This document shows, piece by piece, positions 23,746 to 35,558 of a stretch of DNA of 64,000 bases; position 1 is the stretch's first letter, and each line of letters starts with the position of its first letter. This DNA comes from Hyaloraphidium curvatum SAG 235-1 (Eukaryota > Fungi > Monoblepharomycota). A model generated the notes under the pieces. That model was given only the letters and a program-made list of their open reading frames with translations. It had not been told where the DNA came from and did no database searches. The stretch spans positions 1 through 64,000 of the forward strand of contig JAIVFI010000021.1 in NCBI GenBank assembly GCA_025558095.1, written 5' to 3'. A program made the translations under genes and the position numbers.

Positions 23746-24050
23746 GCTCGATAATCCTTTGTTATCTTTGTCGCTGTCATGGATGGGGCGCCGTTCTGAT
23801 TGGATGGAGCGGATCGATCAGCACGGCGGGCGGGTGTCGTCCTGAATGGCCATGGCCGCGGTCGCACAGCATAAACATAGTCTCCTATCACCATGCGCAT
23901 AGAGCTAGCTACTTTCGCCTCAGGGTCCGGTCTGTCGGGGATTACGCTCTCCAAGCCCCACGGGGCGGAGCGCGCCCAACCCTTCCCCCAGCATTCCCTC
24001 CCCCCCACACAAAACACTGCTGCCTTGCCCGTCCACGGGCCACAGCAGCC

Positions 24051-27000
24051 ATGGCTTCTACCGCGGTGCACCTCGCACGGCGGCTGTACATAGACGGCAT
24101 CGGCAATGGCCCGGTCAACCAGACTCTGGAGGTGTCCAACACGACGCTCGAGTTCAGCGTCGTCTTCACGGAACAGACGCGCGCCAAGCTCGCGAGCCAG
24201 GCCGGCTTCGTCGCCACGTACTTCACGCCCGACTTCTCGGCGCCCGGCGTGGCGATAAGGAACGGCCTGGTCCGCGGGAGGGTGCTCGCGGACAACCAGC
24301 CGCTGACGGCCCAGGAGGTCTGGAACTCCTTCTGGCCGGCGATTATCGCCGCTGCCGTGCTCGTGCTCGTCGCCGGCATATTCATTCCGATATCGATTTA
24401 TATGTGGTGGGTGCCGGGCGGGCACGGTCCGCTCCGCTCTCGCCTGACCGCCGTGTCCCCTCCAAGCGCAAAGATACACCCTGCGCTGGCCAAGGGCTTC
24501 GTCGAGCGGCCCCGGGGATTCTACAAGCCCTTCTCGTTCAAGCGTCTGTGGTTTCCAATCCTCGTCATCCTCGTCACCGTCGGCTGCGCCATCTGGTCGC
24601 TCATCATGCTTTTCCACGGCAACTACGCCTTCACCCAGAACCTCAACAACGTGAAGAGTGCCGGGGCCGACCTCTTCCTGTTGACTGGGGCCAAGCTGCT
24701 GGGCATCGGTCCCCTGGGCGGCCTCATTGTTGAGGGTGAGTGAACTTGGAGCGAACGATTCCGATGTGTCTCACCGTTGTTTGCCAGACATGAACGCGAC
24801 GGTCCGCACGACCCTGCTCGCCCTGGTCAACACAATCAACCCCTCCAACATCGTCGTCGGGATCGAGCCGAATGTAGCGGCTCTGGGGGCTGCCCTGAAC
24901 GCGTCGTCGCAGGACCTCGCCAACCTCGCCAACAACGCGACCCGGCTCGACACCGCCAGCAAGGCCTCGGACGCCGCCTACCCCCCGCTGAGGAGCGGCG
25001 CCTCGAGCTTCGTTACCAGCGCCGGCAACGCGCTAAACAGCCCCAACCCGTTCCCGACCAACAACGCCGCGGGTGCTACCTACCAGCTCTCGCCGGCCCT
25101 CGCGCTCCCCAATCCGCCCACCCAGGCGGTCTCGCCGCAGCCCCTCGGGGTCGACGCCGCCCAGAAGTTGGTCGGATTCGTCGGCACGGGCGCCGACAGC
25201 GCCCGCACCGCCGTCGACGCCGCGGCCGCTGAAGTGGCCAAGTACAACGCGACCGCGCTCACGATCAAGATCAACCAGGCCCTGTCCTCTGCCGTCGATA
25301 GTGAGTTGGGCAGCGTGACGTTGTCGCGACGGCGCTGACCTGCCATCACTTTCTCCCCAGGGGCCACGGCCGTCATCGCCCCCGCGCTGCAGGACGTCCT
25401 CAACCAGATCAACGCCATCTACCAGCAGGACATTGTGCCCATTGCCGGCAGCATCGACAACGTCGCGAGGCAGTTCATCGACGTCGTCGACTTCCTCCTC
25501 AAGATCGACCTCGCCAGGAACATCCTCACGTACATCCTCGCCGGGTTCGGCGCGGTTGCGCTCATCGTCGTCGTGGTCGCCATGCTGGCTCGCAGCCCTC
25601 GCTGGGTTGGACAGTGGGTTCCCGGTCGCCGGGTCTCGCCGCCTCGTAGCTGACCTCGGCCCGCTTTATCAGCTGCACGCTCGCCGCGCTAGCCCTCGGC
25701 ATCATCTCCCTCATCGTCGGCGCGCTGTACCTCTCCATCGGCGTCGTCCTCGGCGCCACCTGCCAGGCCCTCGAGCAGGAGAACTTCGACAACCTCCTCC
25801 CGACCATCAACCAGATCGCCGGCACCAACATCACCCCGGCCATGGTCAACTCGCTCCTGCTGGCGCGGCGACAGTGCGCCGCCGGGGTCGGCGGGTTCAA
25901 GGTCGCCGCCGAGGTGGTCCGGGCGCTGGTCGCCGCCGGGGTCATCAGGAGCGACTTTGACGAGGCGGCGGTGCAGCGCCTCGAGGCCGCCGTGGACCGG
26001 CTCCGCGCGATCGGCAACGGCACTGTGCAGGTCGACGTGCAGACGGCGCTCAACTCGGTGGCGGCCGAGATCCCGTCGGCGCTCAACAGGGGGCTGGATG
26101 TGGCCGAGGCGGCGCTGGGCAAGGCGTTGGACGAGGCCGGCACGCTCCTGGACCAGGTCACCAAGCCGCTGATTGCGTCGGCGCAGCGGAACCCGTACTC
26201 GCCCGCGCTGCAGTCGGCAGTCGCCGACCTCGCGCGGCTGGCCCTCCCCGGCGGCACCGCGGGTCGCGCCGCGTCCACGGACCCCGCCCGCGTGGCCGAG
26301 GCCGCATCGCTTCTGCAGGCCGCCGGCGCGGGCCTCAACTCGACCTGGACCGCCCTCGACACGACGCAGGGCGCAGCCGTGCGCTCGGCCAACGCCGACG
26401 TGCTCACCTACGCCACCGGCTCCGACGCCTCCCTCGAGGCCGCCCGCGCCGACCTCGGCGTCTCGGTCGCCGCCACGATCGCCCTCGCCAACGCCACGGC
26501 GCGGCTGACCCTCCGCGAGGTGCAGAACTTCACCACCTACGGGCTGCCCCCCATCGAGTCCGCCGTGCGGGCCTTCTTCACCGGCACGGCCGAGGTGATC
26601 GAGGCCCTGGCGGCGTGCCAGAGCATCATCGAGGACACGTTCGTGATCCAGAACGCGGTGTGCATCGGCGTCTCTCGCGCCACGGACGAGCTGTGGCTGG
26701 GCGCGGTGATCCAGGGCTTCGTGTGGACCGCCGGCGCGATCCTGATGCTCTACGCCGTCAAGAAGGTCTGGGCGACCGACTCGGGCTGGAGGTGGAAGGG
26801 CCGCAAGGAGCCCATGTCGAGCTTCGAGGCGGAAAAGTACGTGCTCTCGGGGCAGCAGATGGCCAAGAACGTCGAGGCGGCGCCGACGGGGGCGGACTGG
26901 TCGCAGTTCACGGAGCCGCAGGGCGGGTACGCCAACGGCGCGTCGCCTGCGGGGGCGTCGCCGGCGAGCTACACGCCGGGGTCGCCGGGGCAGCCGGGGG

Positions 27001-27068
27001 TGACGATGCTGACGTCGCCCGATGCGGCGGTGCCGCCCGAGGTGGCCGAGGTGGAGAGGAAGTTCTGA
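24051..27068 (+). CDS. Five-TM membrane glycoprotein with prominin/tweety-like topology
   Basis: Introns 24407-24466, 24736-24787, 25301-25360, 25614-25672; TM1-TM2(..FHGN), large helical N-glycosylation-site-rich loop, TM3-TM4(..GVVLGATC), second large loop with Cys pair, TM5 (LWLGAVIQGFVW), cytoplasmic tail. Confidence 0.65.
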
Positions 27069-27161
27069 TCCGGGGATGATGCGGCGCGTTCTTCGTCTTG
27101 GAATAAGTATCGCGGGTTACACACGTCAGGGTTCTGCAGCCACGCTTCCCGCCGTCCCTAG

Positions 27162-29358
27162 CTACATCCACTCCCTGGATGCGCCGTTCGGATCCCTGAG
27201 CGTCGCATCCGTGGCCGGCGTCCCCGTCCTCTCGTCCCCACCCCAGCTCTGCGGATCGCCCCAGGTCGCGCCCAACCCGGATGCCAGCAGCCGCTCCAGA
27301 TCCGCGAGCCCCGCGTGGATGCTCGGGGCGCCCGATGCCGCGGGCGCCGGGGTGAGCAGCGGCGTCGGCATGCCCGCCCGCATCGCCGACCACCCGGCCG
27401 CCTCGATCCCCAGCCCGACCACCGCCGGGGGCGTCGGCATCGGGGAGGGCGGCCACCGCGCCGCGCCGGGGCGCGGGGTCGGGAACGCCCGCAGCGCCTC
27501 GGCGCGGCGGGCATGGGCCGCCCACTCGAACTCCCGATCCAGCTGCCCCGCGACGGCGGCGGCCGCATCGAACCCGCCGGATGCGGATGCCGGCGCCGCG
27601 TGCCCGTCTGCGTCCCAAGGAACCTGCATCTGCAGCTGGGCAGCCGGGCGTCGCCGGGGCGGGAACACGATCTCGGGGAAGCCCCAGCCGCCGGGCCCCT
27701 GCGGGGCCTGCACGGGCGGATCGGGGAACCAAGCCCCGTGGATGAATGTCGGCGAGACCGGTTCGCTGTCCGGCATCTGCTGCTGCGCGGACGGGAACGC
27801 GGACGGCGGGCCGAAGGGCTGCACGGTCGGGGAGACGAGCTTGCGGGCGCCGTCGAAGGAGGAGTTGCCGGCGTCGAGCGAGGCGCTGCCGTTGAACGAT
27901 GCCAGCGCGGGCATGCTGGCGGAGGAGAGGGTCGCGGGGCTCGGGTGCGGGGAGGGATCGAGGCTGCCGGGGAGGAAGTGCGGGGAGGGGTGCGCCGCCG
28001 TGCGCGGCCGCCGGCCCAGAAGTGCGTCGAGGGAGGCGCTGCCGTTGAACGGGGCCGGGGCAGGCATGCTGGCGGATGCGAGGAGGGCGCTCGGGTCCGG
28101 GGTGGGATCGAGGCTGCCCGGGAGGAACCCGGGCGATGCGTGCGCGAAGCTCCGGTGCATCTGCGGGGGCCTGGGGAGGACGGCGCCCTCGTGGTGCTGC
28201 ATCCCGGGTGCATCGTCCTGCGGTGCGGTCTGGAACAGGCCGGCAGGGAGGAAGCCGCCCAGGGATCTCGACTGCGGGAGCACCGCGTGCGAAGGCTGTG
28301 CCGCGTAGTCCAGGGCGCGCATCTCCATGCGCAGGCTGGCCCGCGCATCCGAAGGCGCAGGCCGCTCGGGGCTCGAGCCGACGGTTGGAGCCGCCTTCCT
28401 CCGGACCCGCAGCGGCGCCGCGCTGTCCAACGACCTGGACCTCTTCCCCCTCCCCCTCCCCGGCACGGGCATCCCCGCCTCCCTGAGCCCCTGGTTGATC
28501 CGCTGGCGCTGGCGCCGGCTCCGCTTCTCCTCCGTGCGGTTGTTGTACGCGTTGGCGAGCTGGCCGCGCACCATCTTCTTGGCGCGGCGCAGCTCGGGGT
28601 TGCGCAGGATGAGCGAGTAGACGAGGTCGTTAAAGCCGCGCTGCGAATGGGTGCACGTGAACGGCGATCGGGAGCGCGGGGCAACGGGGGCTGCCTACCG
28701 CGTACACCGTCGAGTCTTTGCCGTAGTATTTGAACTCGTGCCTCGTCTCGTCGTCCATCTTGGCGAGGTCGACGCCCCGCAGGTTTACCGAGACGTGCTG
28801 CACCGTGTTGGTATCGGGGTCGACGTAGCACGCCATCTCCTCGCCGCTCGGGGCGGTGTAGAACTCGATCGGAACGGACCGCTTCTCCGGCTTGGCGGGC
28901 CTGAAGGAAGGGGGCGGGGAGGCCCCGTGCGGCGCCGCGTCGGGGACGGGGCCGGGGCCGATGTGCTCGGGGCCGTCCGCACCCCCGGCGGGCGAGGAAA
29001 ATCGCCCATTGCGGTCCGAGTGTGCGCCCGGGGGCGAAGAGGGGGGCGGAGGGCCGCCGGCCGGGGCTCCCCCGCGCAGCCCGCCGCCGGTTGGGGGCGG
29101 CCAGCTGGCCGCCGCCCCCGCCCCCGCCGCCACGCCGCCGCCGGCACGGGCGCCCCCGCGGACGTCGCCGAGTATCCCCGCGAGCAGCCCGGGCCCGGCG
29201 CGGGCGAACTGCAGCGCCGCGGAGGCGCCGCCGAGGAGGCCGACCGATGCCGCCGCCGGAGCCCCGCCGGGCGCCGCCCCGGCCCCGCCGCCGCCGCCGG
29301 TCCCGTCGGCCATTTTGCCCCACATCGGCCCGGGCGCGATGTGCGGGAAGCGGTCCAT
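27162..29358 (-). CDS. Low-complexity protein with a central uncharacterised basic domain (putative transcription regulator)
   Basis: Intron 28698-28641 joins ...VNLRGVDLAKMDDETRHEFKYYGKDSTVYA to RGFNDLVYSLILRNPELRRAKKMVRGQLANAYNNRTEEKRSRRQRQR; flanks are Gly/Pro/Ala rich. Confidence 0.75.
27870..28145. repeat. Two imperfect internal coding repeats (~120 nt, ~153 nt apart)
   Basis: SPGFLPGSLDPTPDPSALLASASMPAPAPFNGSASLDA versus SPHFLPGSLDPSPHPSPATLSSASMPALASFNGSASLDA. Confidence 0.85.
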
Positions 29359-30478
29359 CGCCTGCGCCGGGCGGCACGGGAATCGCGAGCGATTGGGGAA
29401 GCGGGTCAGCGCGGCTTTCCAAGTCCGCCCGCAAATCAGCCCGCTTCCCATCGTTCACGAGGTTCGGGGCTGTGCACGCCACGCCGTGCACCGGGGCCCC
29501 ACGCCCAGTCGGACGCATCCTGCAGCTGCGGTGTTTACTCTCTACATCGGACTCGTCCAGCAGGCACAAGAGGCGCATGGGAGCTCCGTAGGAACGGATC
29601 GTCCCGCCGCGACCGCCATTGCTCCCCGCCCCCGTTCTGCGGCGCCGTCGGATTCGACACTACGCGGCCCTCCGATCCCGGATCCGGAATTCGGAAGTGC
29701 TCTGAGACATCCGGGCAGCCATCGGAGGCGTGGACGCGGGAATGATGCGGCGCCGCAACGAACCGCACGAGGATCCCCCCACCTTGGCAGGCTTGGCGGG
29801 ACCGCTCCCCCCGCTTCCGATGTATTATTCCCTGTCGCCTCGCCTCGAGACGGGACCGCGGTGGGAGGGGAACATCAGACGCCGCAAGCCCCCGGGAGGG
29901 AACGTCGGCGGGGCGGGTGGAAAGCCACGGGGATGGGGCTATGCGGACCGGGAACCGGAAACGTTCCCCACCAGGCGTCCGACCCCGTGCCCTCCTCCGA
30001 CCGATCCGGTGCACGGAACGCGCTCCGAGAGGGTGTTTGGACCGCCCCCGGGGAATCCGTTCGCCCCGGGGTGGGTTTTTGGCTCGGGCGGCCGGAAGGC
30101 CCGAAGGACCGCGCGGCGCATCCGACGATCGGGAATGCACCGGATCGCGCCGCGTACAATCCGATTGCGTCCGGGCACCACCCGGTGAGCGACCCCGCGC
30201 ATGCCGGTTTCCCCTCGGCCCGCCGATCGGTGCACGCGAAGGGGGTGTGTCCCGTGGCGGCTCAATCGCGGCCGGGCGGCGGCGGCTCGTGTCAGGGACA
30301 ACAACCCGGCGGCCGCACGCAAACACGCTGTTGCGGGCCGCGCCGTCGCGAGCGCCGGTCGGGGACGGTCGGGAGAATAGGTGCGCCCCCAGCGCTCTCC
30401 GCCCGCGGCGCCCTCCGCACGGCTTCCCGACCCCCTCCGGCCCGCGGGCGCAATTCATTCCCCCTCCCGCGCCCGGCG

Positions 30479-31388
30479 ATGGCCCCGCGCCGCCGCCGCC
30501 ACCGCGCCGACACCCACAAGACCGCCCGCGGGGAGCTCTTTTCCCTGCTCCGCTCGGCGCTCCTCCGCTTCGCAATCTCCGCCGAACCGTCGGCATCGGC
30601 TCCCGACCGCGGGCTGTACGTCGACCCGGCGGGCGCGCCGCGGTTCGTGCTCCCCGTGGGCAGGTGGGGCGGCCGGATCGACGTCCGGGCGGACCTGTAC
30701 GCCGTGGATCCCGAGGGCAAGGACGGGGGGGAGTACGATGCGGTGCGGTACTACGCCCGGGTGTCGCGGAAGAGGGATCACTACGAGGTTCGCGCCTCCT
30801 GCCCGTTTCGGGGCAGGCAATGGGTCTGACCCACCCCCCGCCGCCCACCAGGGCGACTTCAACGACACCGTGTGGGCCCTCGTCGCTCTCAACCCCGAGC
30901 TGCGTCGCGCGGCGCGGTGCGCCAGGGCCGGGCTGGCAACGGGGCTGCTGAACAGCTTCCCCGAGACGGCCAGCAGGCGGGCGGGGCGGCCCAAGGGCGG
31001 GGCGATGATCGGCGAGGGCGGGAACGGCGGGGAGGGGGATAACAAGTGCGCGACGAGGAGGAGCGGTGGGAGGGATGCGGCACGCCCGCCGTCGGCTCCG
31101 CCGCCCGCTCCGACGGAACAGCCCCCATCCACCCCGATCGACCCCGGCCCCTCCGACGCCGCGATGGACGCCGACGACATCCTCACCTTCCTCTCCGAAT
31201 CCTCCTTCGCCTCCGACGGCACCCTGTTCGACCCGCTGCCCTGGCCGGCCGGGCTCCCGCTGCCCTGGGACGACCTCGGGTTCCTCCCGCCGGAGGGGTG
31301 CCTGCCGGGGTCGCCCATGATCCCCCCGCAGGCGGAGCGAGACGGGGATGTGGATGGGTTCTGCCTCGGTGATTGGACGGACAAGTGA
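30479..31388 (+). CDS. Divergently transcribed paralogue carrying the same uncharacterised domain plus an acidic/aromatic tail
   Basis: Intron 30788-30851 joins ...VRADLYAVD...VRYYARVSRKRDHYE to GDFNDTVWALVALNPELRRAARCARAGLATGLLNSFPETASRRAGR. Confidence 0.72.
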
Positions 31389-32202
31389 GATCGGGTGGGC
31401 GCACGCAACTCGGGGGGGCGAGGGGGAACAAGGGGCGGAGCGGGTGCTGTAATGTATTGGGGACGCCGTTGGGAACTGTAATGCATTGCCGGTTTCGTGA
31501 TCAGGCAGCGTTCATGATGCCTGCTGATCCCCCCGCCCCCCCATTGCGGACGGTTCCCGTGTTCGGCGGGGCTGATGCGAAGCACAGCCGCTGTTGTCCC
31601 GCCCCCCGCCCGGACCGCTTCGCCGACGGAGGAAAAGCCTGCGGGTGACGGTCGTCTCCCACCCGATCCGACCTTCCGCGCTAGACGTCGCGGCGCCGCA
31701 GTGAGTGGCAAATGCATCGCGGTGGCTTGTGTGCGGGCGAAAACTGGCGTAAGCGGGGGCGGTCCACGAGCCCGCCGGCCGGGCCGCCGCGGGGCATCCG
31801 TCCAGAAGGACGGGAAGCGCAGCGCCGCATCCCCGCATCGGTGATTGCCGAAGAAACGTGGAGGAAACGAACGACGAGGGTGCCGGATTATCGAGGAGCG
31901 TGACGGGTGGGTCGGTTCCGGACTCGCCGGCTCGGCCCCGCCCCGGCGGCCTTGCTCCGCCTCCCCGGGGCCCGATCCGGGGCCGGGAAGAATTTCGGCG
32001 GGCCACCGGTCCGTCCGCCGTGCTCGCGGGCACCCGATCTGCATGCGGTGACGGGCGTGGATGGGTACGTCGCAGCGGGCGCAAGGCCGGTGGGGATCGG
32101 GGGAGGGAAGGCGCGCAGTGGCATCGGAGGGCACGGGGTGCACGGGGCGCGGATCCGCCGGCCCGGGTGGTGCCGGGGGGCATTTCAGGTTCGGTAGGAA
32201 GC

Positions 32203-33952
32203 ATGGCGGTCGGTTCGGGTCGTACGCATGCGCCGTTGCCGTTCACAGGTCCTCGTTGCACCCTTTCTTCCCTCGGGCCGCTGATCGGCAAAAGCCCCGT
32301 GGGGGGTCGAACGCTTCGGGCCCGTTGTTCCGGGCAGCAGCACCTCATCGCCGGCGTGCTGGGTACCGCGCCGTGGGCCGCCGGGGCGGGGGTTGGGCGG
32401 GAACCCACGTTTCCGGAACTGCGCTGGTTGTGGCAAGGCGGTGCCCGCGAGGGGTACGTTCGACGCCTGGCCCAGCGTCAGCATGATATGGCTGCCCACG
32501 CCGCCGTCGCGGTACCCTTTCGAGGTTCTCCAACACATCTTCCCAACCTGCGGGGGCATGGGCACCCAGTGCTACCGCATCGCGTATGCCCTGGGCGACC
32601 GCACCCTCTTCCACGATTCGAGCAGGCCGGCAGCGGTGCCGAACGAGCTGCTGCTGCCCATCATGGAGGCCCTCAAGGCGTCCGGGGCCGACGCGACCCT
32701 GGCCCGCCTGACCCTGGCGTCGCGGGCCAGTGTCGCCAGCTGGGCCTGACGGTGCTGCACCGCGAGATTACCATCAACGGGCGGAGGCGCGACGGCCGCT
32801 CTCTCGAAGTGTGGTCGCGGTACATGGCCGGGGAGAGGAGGGAGCACGCATTCGTGAGGAAAGCATCCGTGACCGTTCCCGAACCACATGCCCGAGGAGA
32901 CGAGCTGCTCAACACCGTAGCATCCTAGGCGTTCCTCGTGCGCGATGTCCTGGAAAAGCTCATCAAGTTGGAGCGCCTGGACCTTAACATCCAGCCGGGA
33001 ATCGTGGCTCCGATCACCTGGACCAGGTGCGGGGTGGATGCCGAGAATCAGCCTGCGTTCGGCTGCGCGAGTCTTCCGAGCAACCTCAAGACCTTTCGCT
33101 TCACGACGAGCTTCTTCGATGCCGCCCCGAGCACCCAAATACTTGAGGCCTTGGAGCGTCACGCCGAGACTGGCGCCCTGGAGTCGTGGACGTACGACGG
33201 GGCTATGCTCGATTTCGCACTCTATCCCTCCGCCGCCCAGAAGCTCCGCGAGCTTGCTCCCAACCCGCGCGACTACGACGAGACGGCGCGCCTGTGCGGA
33301 GCCATGGGCATGAACCTCGCCTTCTGGGACCTTGAGCAGCTGCACCTGACGACCTCCGAAGGCCGTCTGGCCGAGCCATTTCTACCCCTGATCGAAACCC
33401 GGGCCCCCAACCTCAAACGCTGGCGCCTCACCAACACGCACAGCCTGATGGACATGTCGCGGTTCCCGTGCGCGGCGTCGCTGCTCGAGGAGGTCAGCGT
33501 CTTCACGGAGCAGGACTGCGCGGCCCTTTTCCGCTCGCCAGCGCGGCCGGCCAAGGTCGTCGTTCGCACGCTGCTCTTCCTCGAATCCTTCCGGGACCGG
33601 TTCGCCTCCGTGGGCTGGATCCGGAAGCTGGAGCTCGCCTCGGCCTTGGACGAGGGCATCGCGCTCTCCCTCCACGGCGTCGCGGACCTGATCACGGGCC
33701 GGCTCCCTCCCCACCTGACCCAGCTCGAGATCGAGGTCACTTCGGAACGCCGGGGCAACGGCGGCTTCTGGTTCACCAAGCGGCTGGCGAAGCTGATGCG
33801 CGACGCGGGGTTCAACCCCGGTTTCGGGCTGGTCCTTGAGGAGGAGATGCTACGACGGAAGGGTGGACGGGTGCAGGTGGGAGTGGGACCGCAAGAGCAG
33901 GTCGTTCGCGGCGGTGGGCGGGCCGGATGTCTACTACGAGGACCTACTCTAG
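32203..33952 (+). pseudogene. Pseudogene paralogue of the Cys-motif/F-box-like/LRR gene at 45975-47801
   Basis: Near-identical blocks (LFHDSSRPAAVPNELLLPIMEALKASGADATLARL; RLCGAMGMNLAFWDLE) broken by a frameshift near 32735, TGG>TAG stop at 32926-32928 and a frameshift near 33850; 5' end degraded. Confidence 0.88.
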
Positions 33953-34021
33953 GCGATGACGATGAGTGTTTTGAGGATCCATCTTCTTCAGAATCAGAGC
34001 ACCCGCCGTCGTCTCCCATCG

Positions 34022-34924
34022 TTACACGGCCACCTCGACGTCGAACCCGATCCCGATCTTGTACCTGCAGATTGGGCACACCACCGCCGCACGCACGTGC
34101 ACCGGCTCCCCAGTCCCGCGCAGTTCGCCCACAACGGCCTCGGCCCCGGTCCCATTGCAGCACACCCGCACCCAATCTACGCCGCAGGGGTAGCAGAACT
34201 GCCCGTGCCCGCAGGGCAGACGGAGCACGTCCGAGCTCGGGCCGAGCTCGCGCTCGAGGCAGATGAGGCAGAGATCCGGGCAGTTTCGGGGCGTGCTGGG
34301 GCTTGGCGCAGCATGAGGGACGGCAGTAGGAAGCCCCGGGCCTCTGACGATGGCTTCGAGGGGTATCGGATCCGAGGGAACTCGGTCCGAATTGATCGGG
34401 CCGAGAAAGGCGTTCGGGGGCCTGCACGGCCCAGGCGAATCGGTTCCCGTTTCATGTCCGTCGGCAGCAAGAGGTTGAAGCGCGGCCGGCGCCCCCAGGA
34501 TCAGCTCGCCGCCCTTGACGATCCAGCCGTGCTGAAGCGAGGTCGTCCCGGCGTCGCCCCACTTCACCGGGTAGAAAAGCCCCTTGATCTGCTCGTCCGA
34601 GATTGGCGGGCTCTCCTGAAGCCAGCCACCCTGCGGTGTTGCCCCGCCGGCCCGGTTCTGCAGCTCTGCCAGCCGCGCGCGGAGCCGTGCCTCCCGCCGC
34701 TCCTGCGAACGGCGCGATTTCCTGTGTTGCAGGCAGCAGAGCAACACGGCGAGGACGAGCGCCACCAGCACGGTCACGATGTACGGCACAAACGCGACGG
34801 TCACCGGCCTCCAGAGCGGCGGCAGCGCCGGGGTGGGCTGCGGCGTCGCGCCGCCGGGCGACAGCTCCTCGGTCGCGTTCGCGGCGCGGTCCGAGGACGG
34901 GGTCGCATGCGGGACCGTCGGCAT
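34022..34924 (-). CDS. Single-pass membrane RING-finger (C3HC4-type) E3 ligase-like protein, copy 1
   Basis: TM (VAFVPYIVTVLVALVLAVLLCCL), short coiled coil, CLICLE...RLPCGHGQFCYPC...CPIC; intronless. Confidence 0.82.
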   Translation of the reverse strand: MPTVPHATPSSDRAANATEELSPGGATPQPTPALPPLWRPVTVAFVPYIVTVLVALVLAVLLCCLQHRKSRRSQERREARLRARLAELQNRAGGATPQGGWLQESPPISDEQIKGLFYPVKWGDAGTTSLQHGWIVKGGELILGAPAALQPLAADGHETGTDSPGPCRPPNAFLGPINSDRVPSDPIPLEAIVRGPGLPTAVPHAAPSPSTPRNCPDLCLICLERELGPSSDVLRLPCGHGQFCYPCGVDWVRVCCNGTGAEAVVGELRGTGEPVHVRAAVVCPICRYKIGIGFDVEVAV

Positions 34925-35558
34925 CGTGGTCGGACGCGACTTCAACGACTAAAGAAGCAGGTGTCACCCGTCGGGCCGACGTCGGGATTTGCGGGACCGG
35001 GGAGCCGGGCCGCCGCAAGGGCGCGCCGCAACGCAACGGCATCCAGCACCGGAGAGTATGGGGAAGCGCGCATCTTAAATTCGAAGAGGCTGGAACGTTA
35101 TCCCAGCATCGTCAGACCAAAGAGCGGCCCGTTTGCTCTGCACGATGTCGAATGAGGCCGGCGAGATTCGAAGAGTTGTGTACTTGTTGCGGCCGAGTCG
35201 CGGGCGGCATTTTCACGGCTTTCGACGGCGCCGACTCTCTCCTCCGCGCGGCCCTCGTACGCCTCGGCGCGCGCCGACCATCATTTTCTTTGCGTGCTAG
35301 CCGCCGTCGGCCGGGAAACGCGCGTTGTCGGCTGTTTTCCGGGCGGGGGAACGGCCAGGTGTCGGTCGTCCCGGTGGATTTTCGCCGGTTATCCGGACAC
35401 AGAAAAGGCCGTGCTTTGCTGGAAAACCTCTCCTGAGCACTCTGCGGACTGCGCCCGTTGTCTACCCTTGTGCTCCGGGATTTCGAGACCTCCGAGACGT
35501 CCGGGACTGGGGACCCGATTTTCCCTCAATCCCCCTTCCCCCCTCTCGACCAACCAAA

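Noticed and set aside
32926-32928. Stop-codon readthrough or recoding at the in-frame TAG
   Set aside because: The paralogue has TGG here and the same copy also has two frameshifts, so pseudogenisation is simpler; other genes use TAG as a normal stop.
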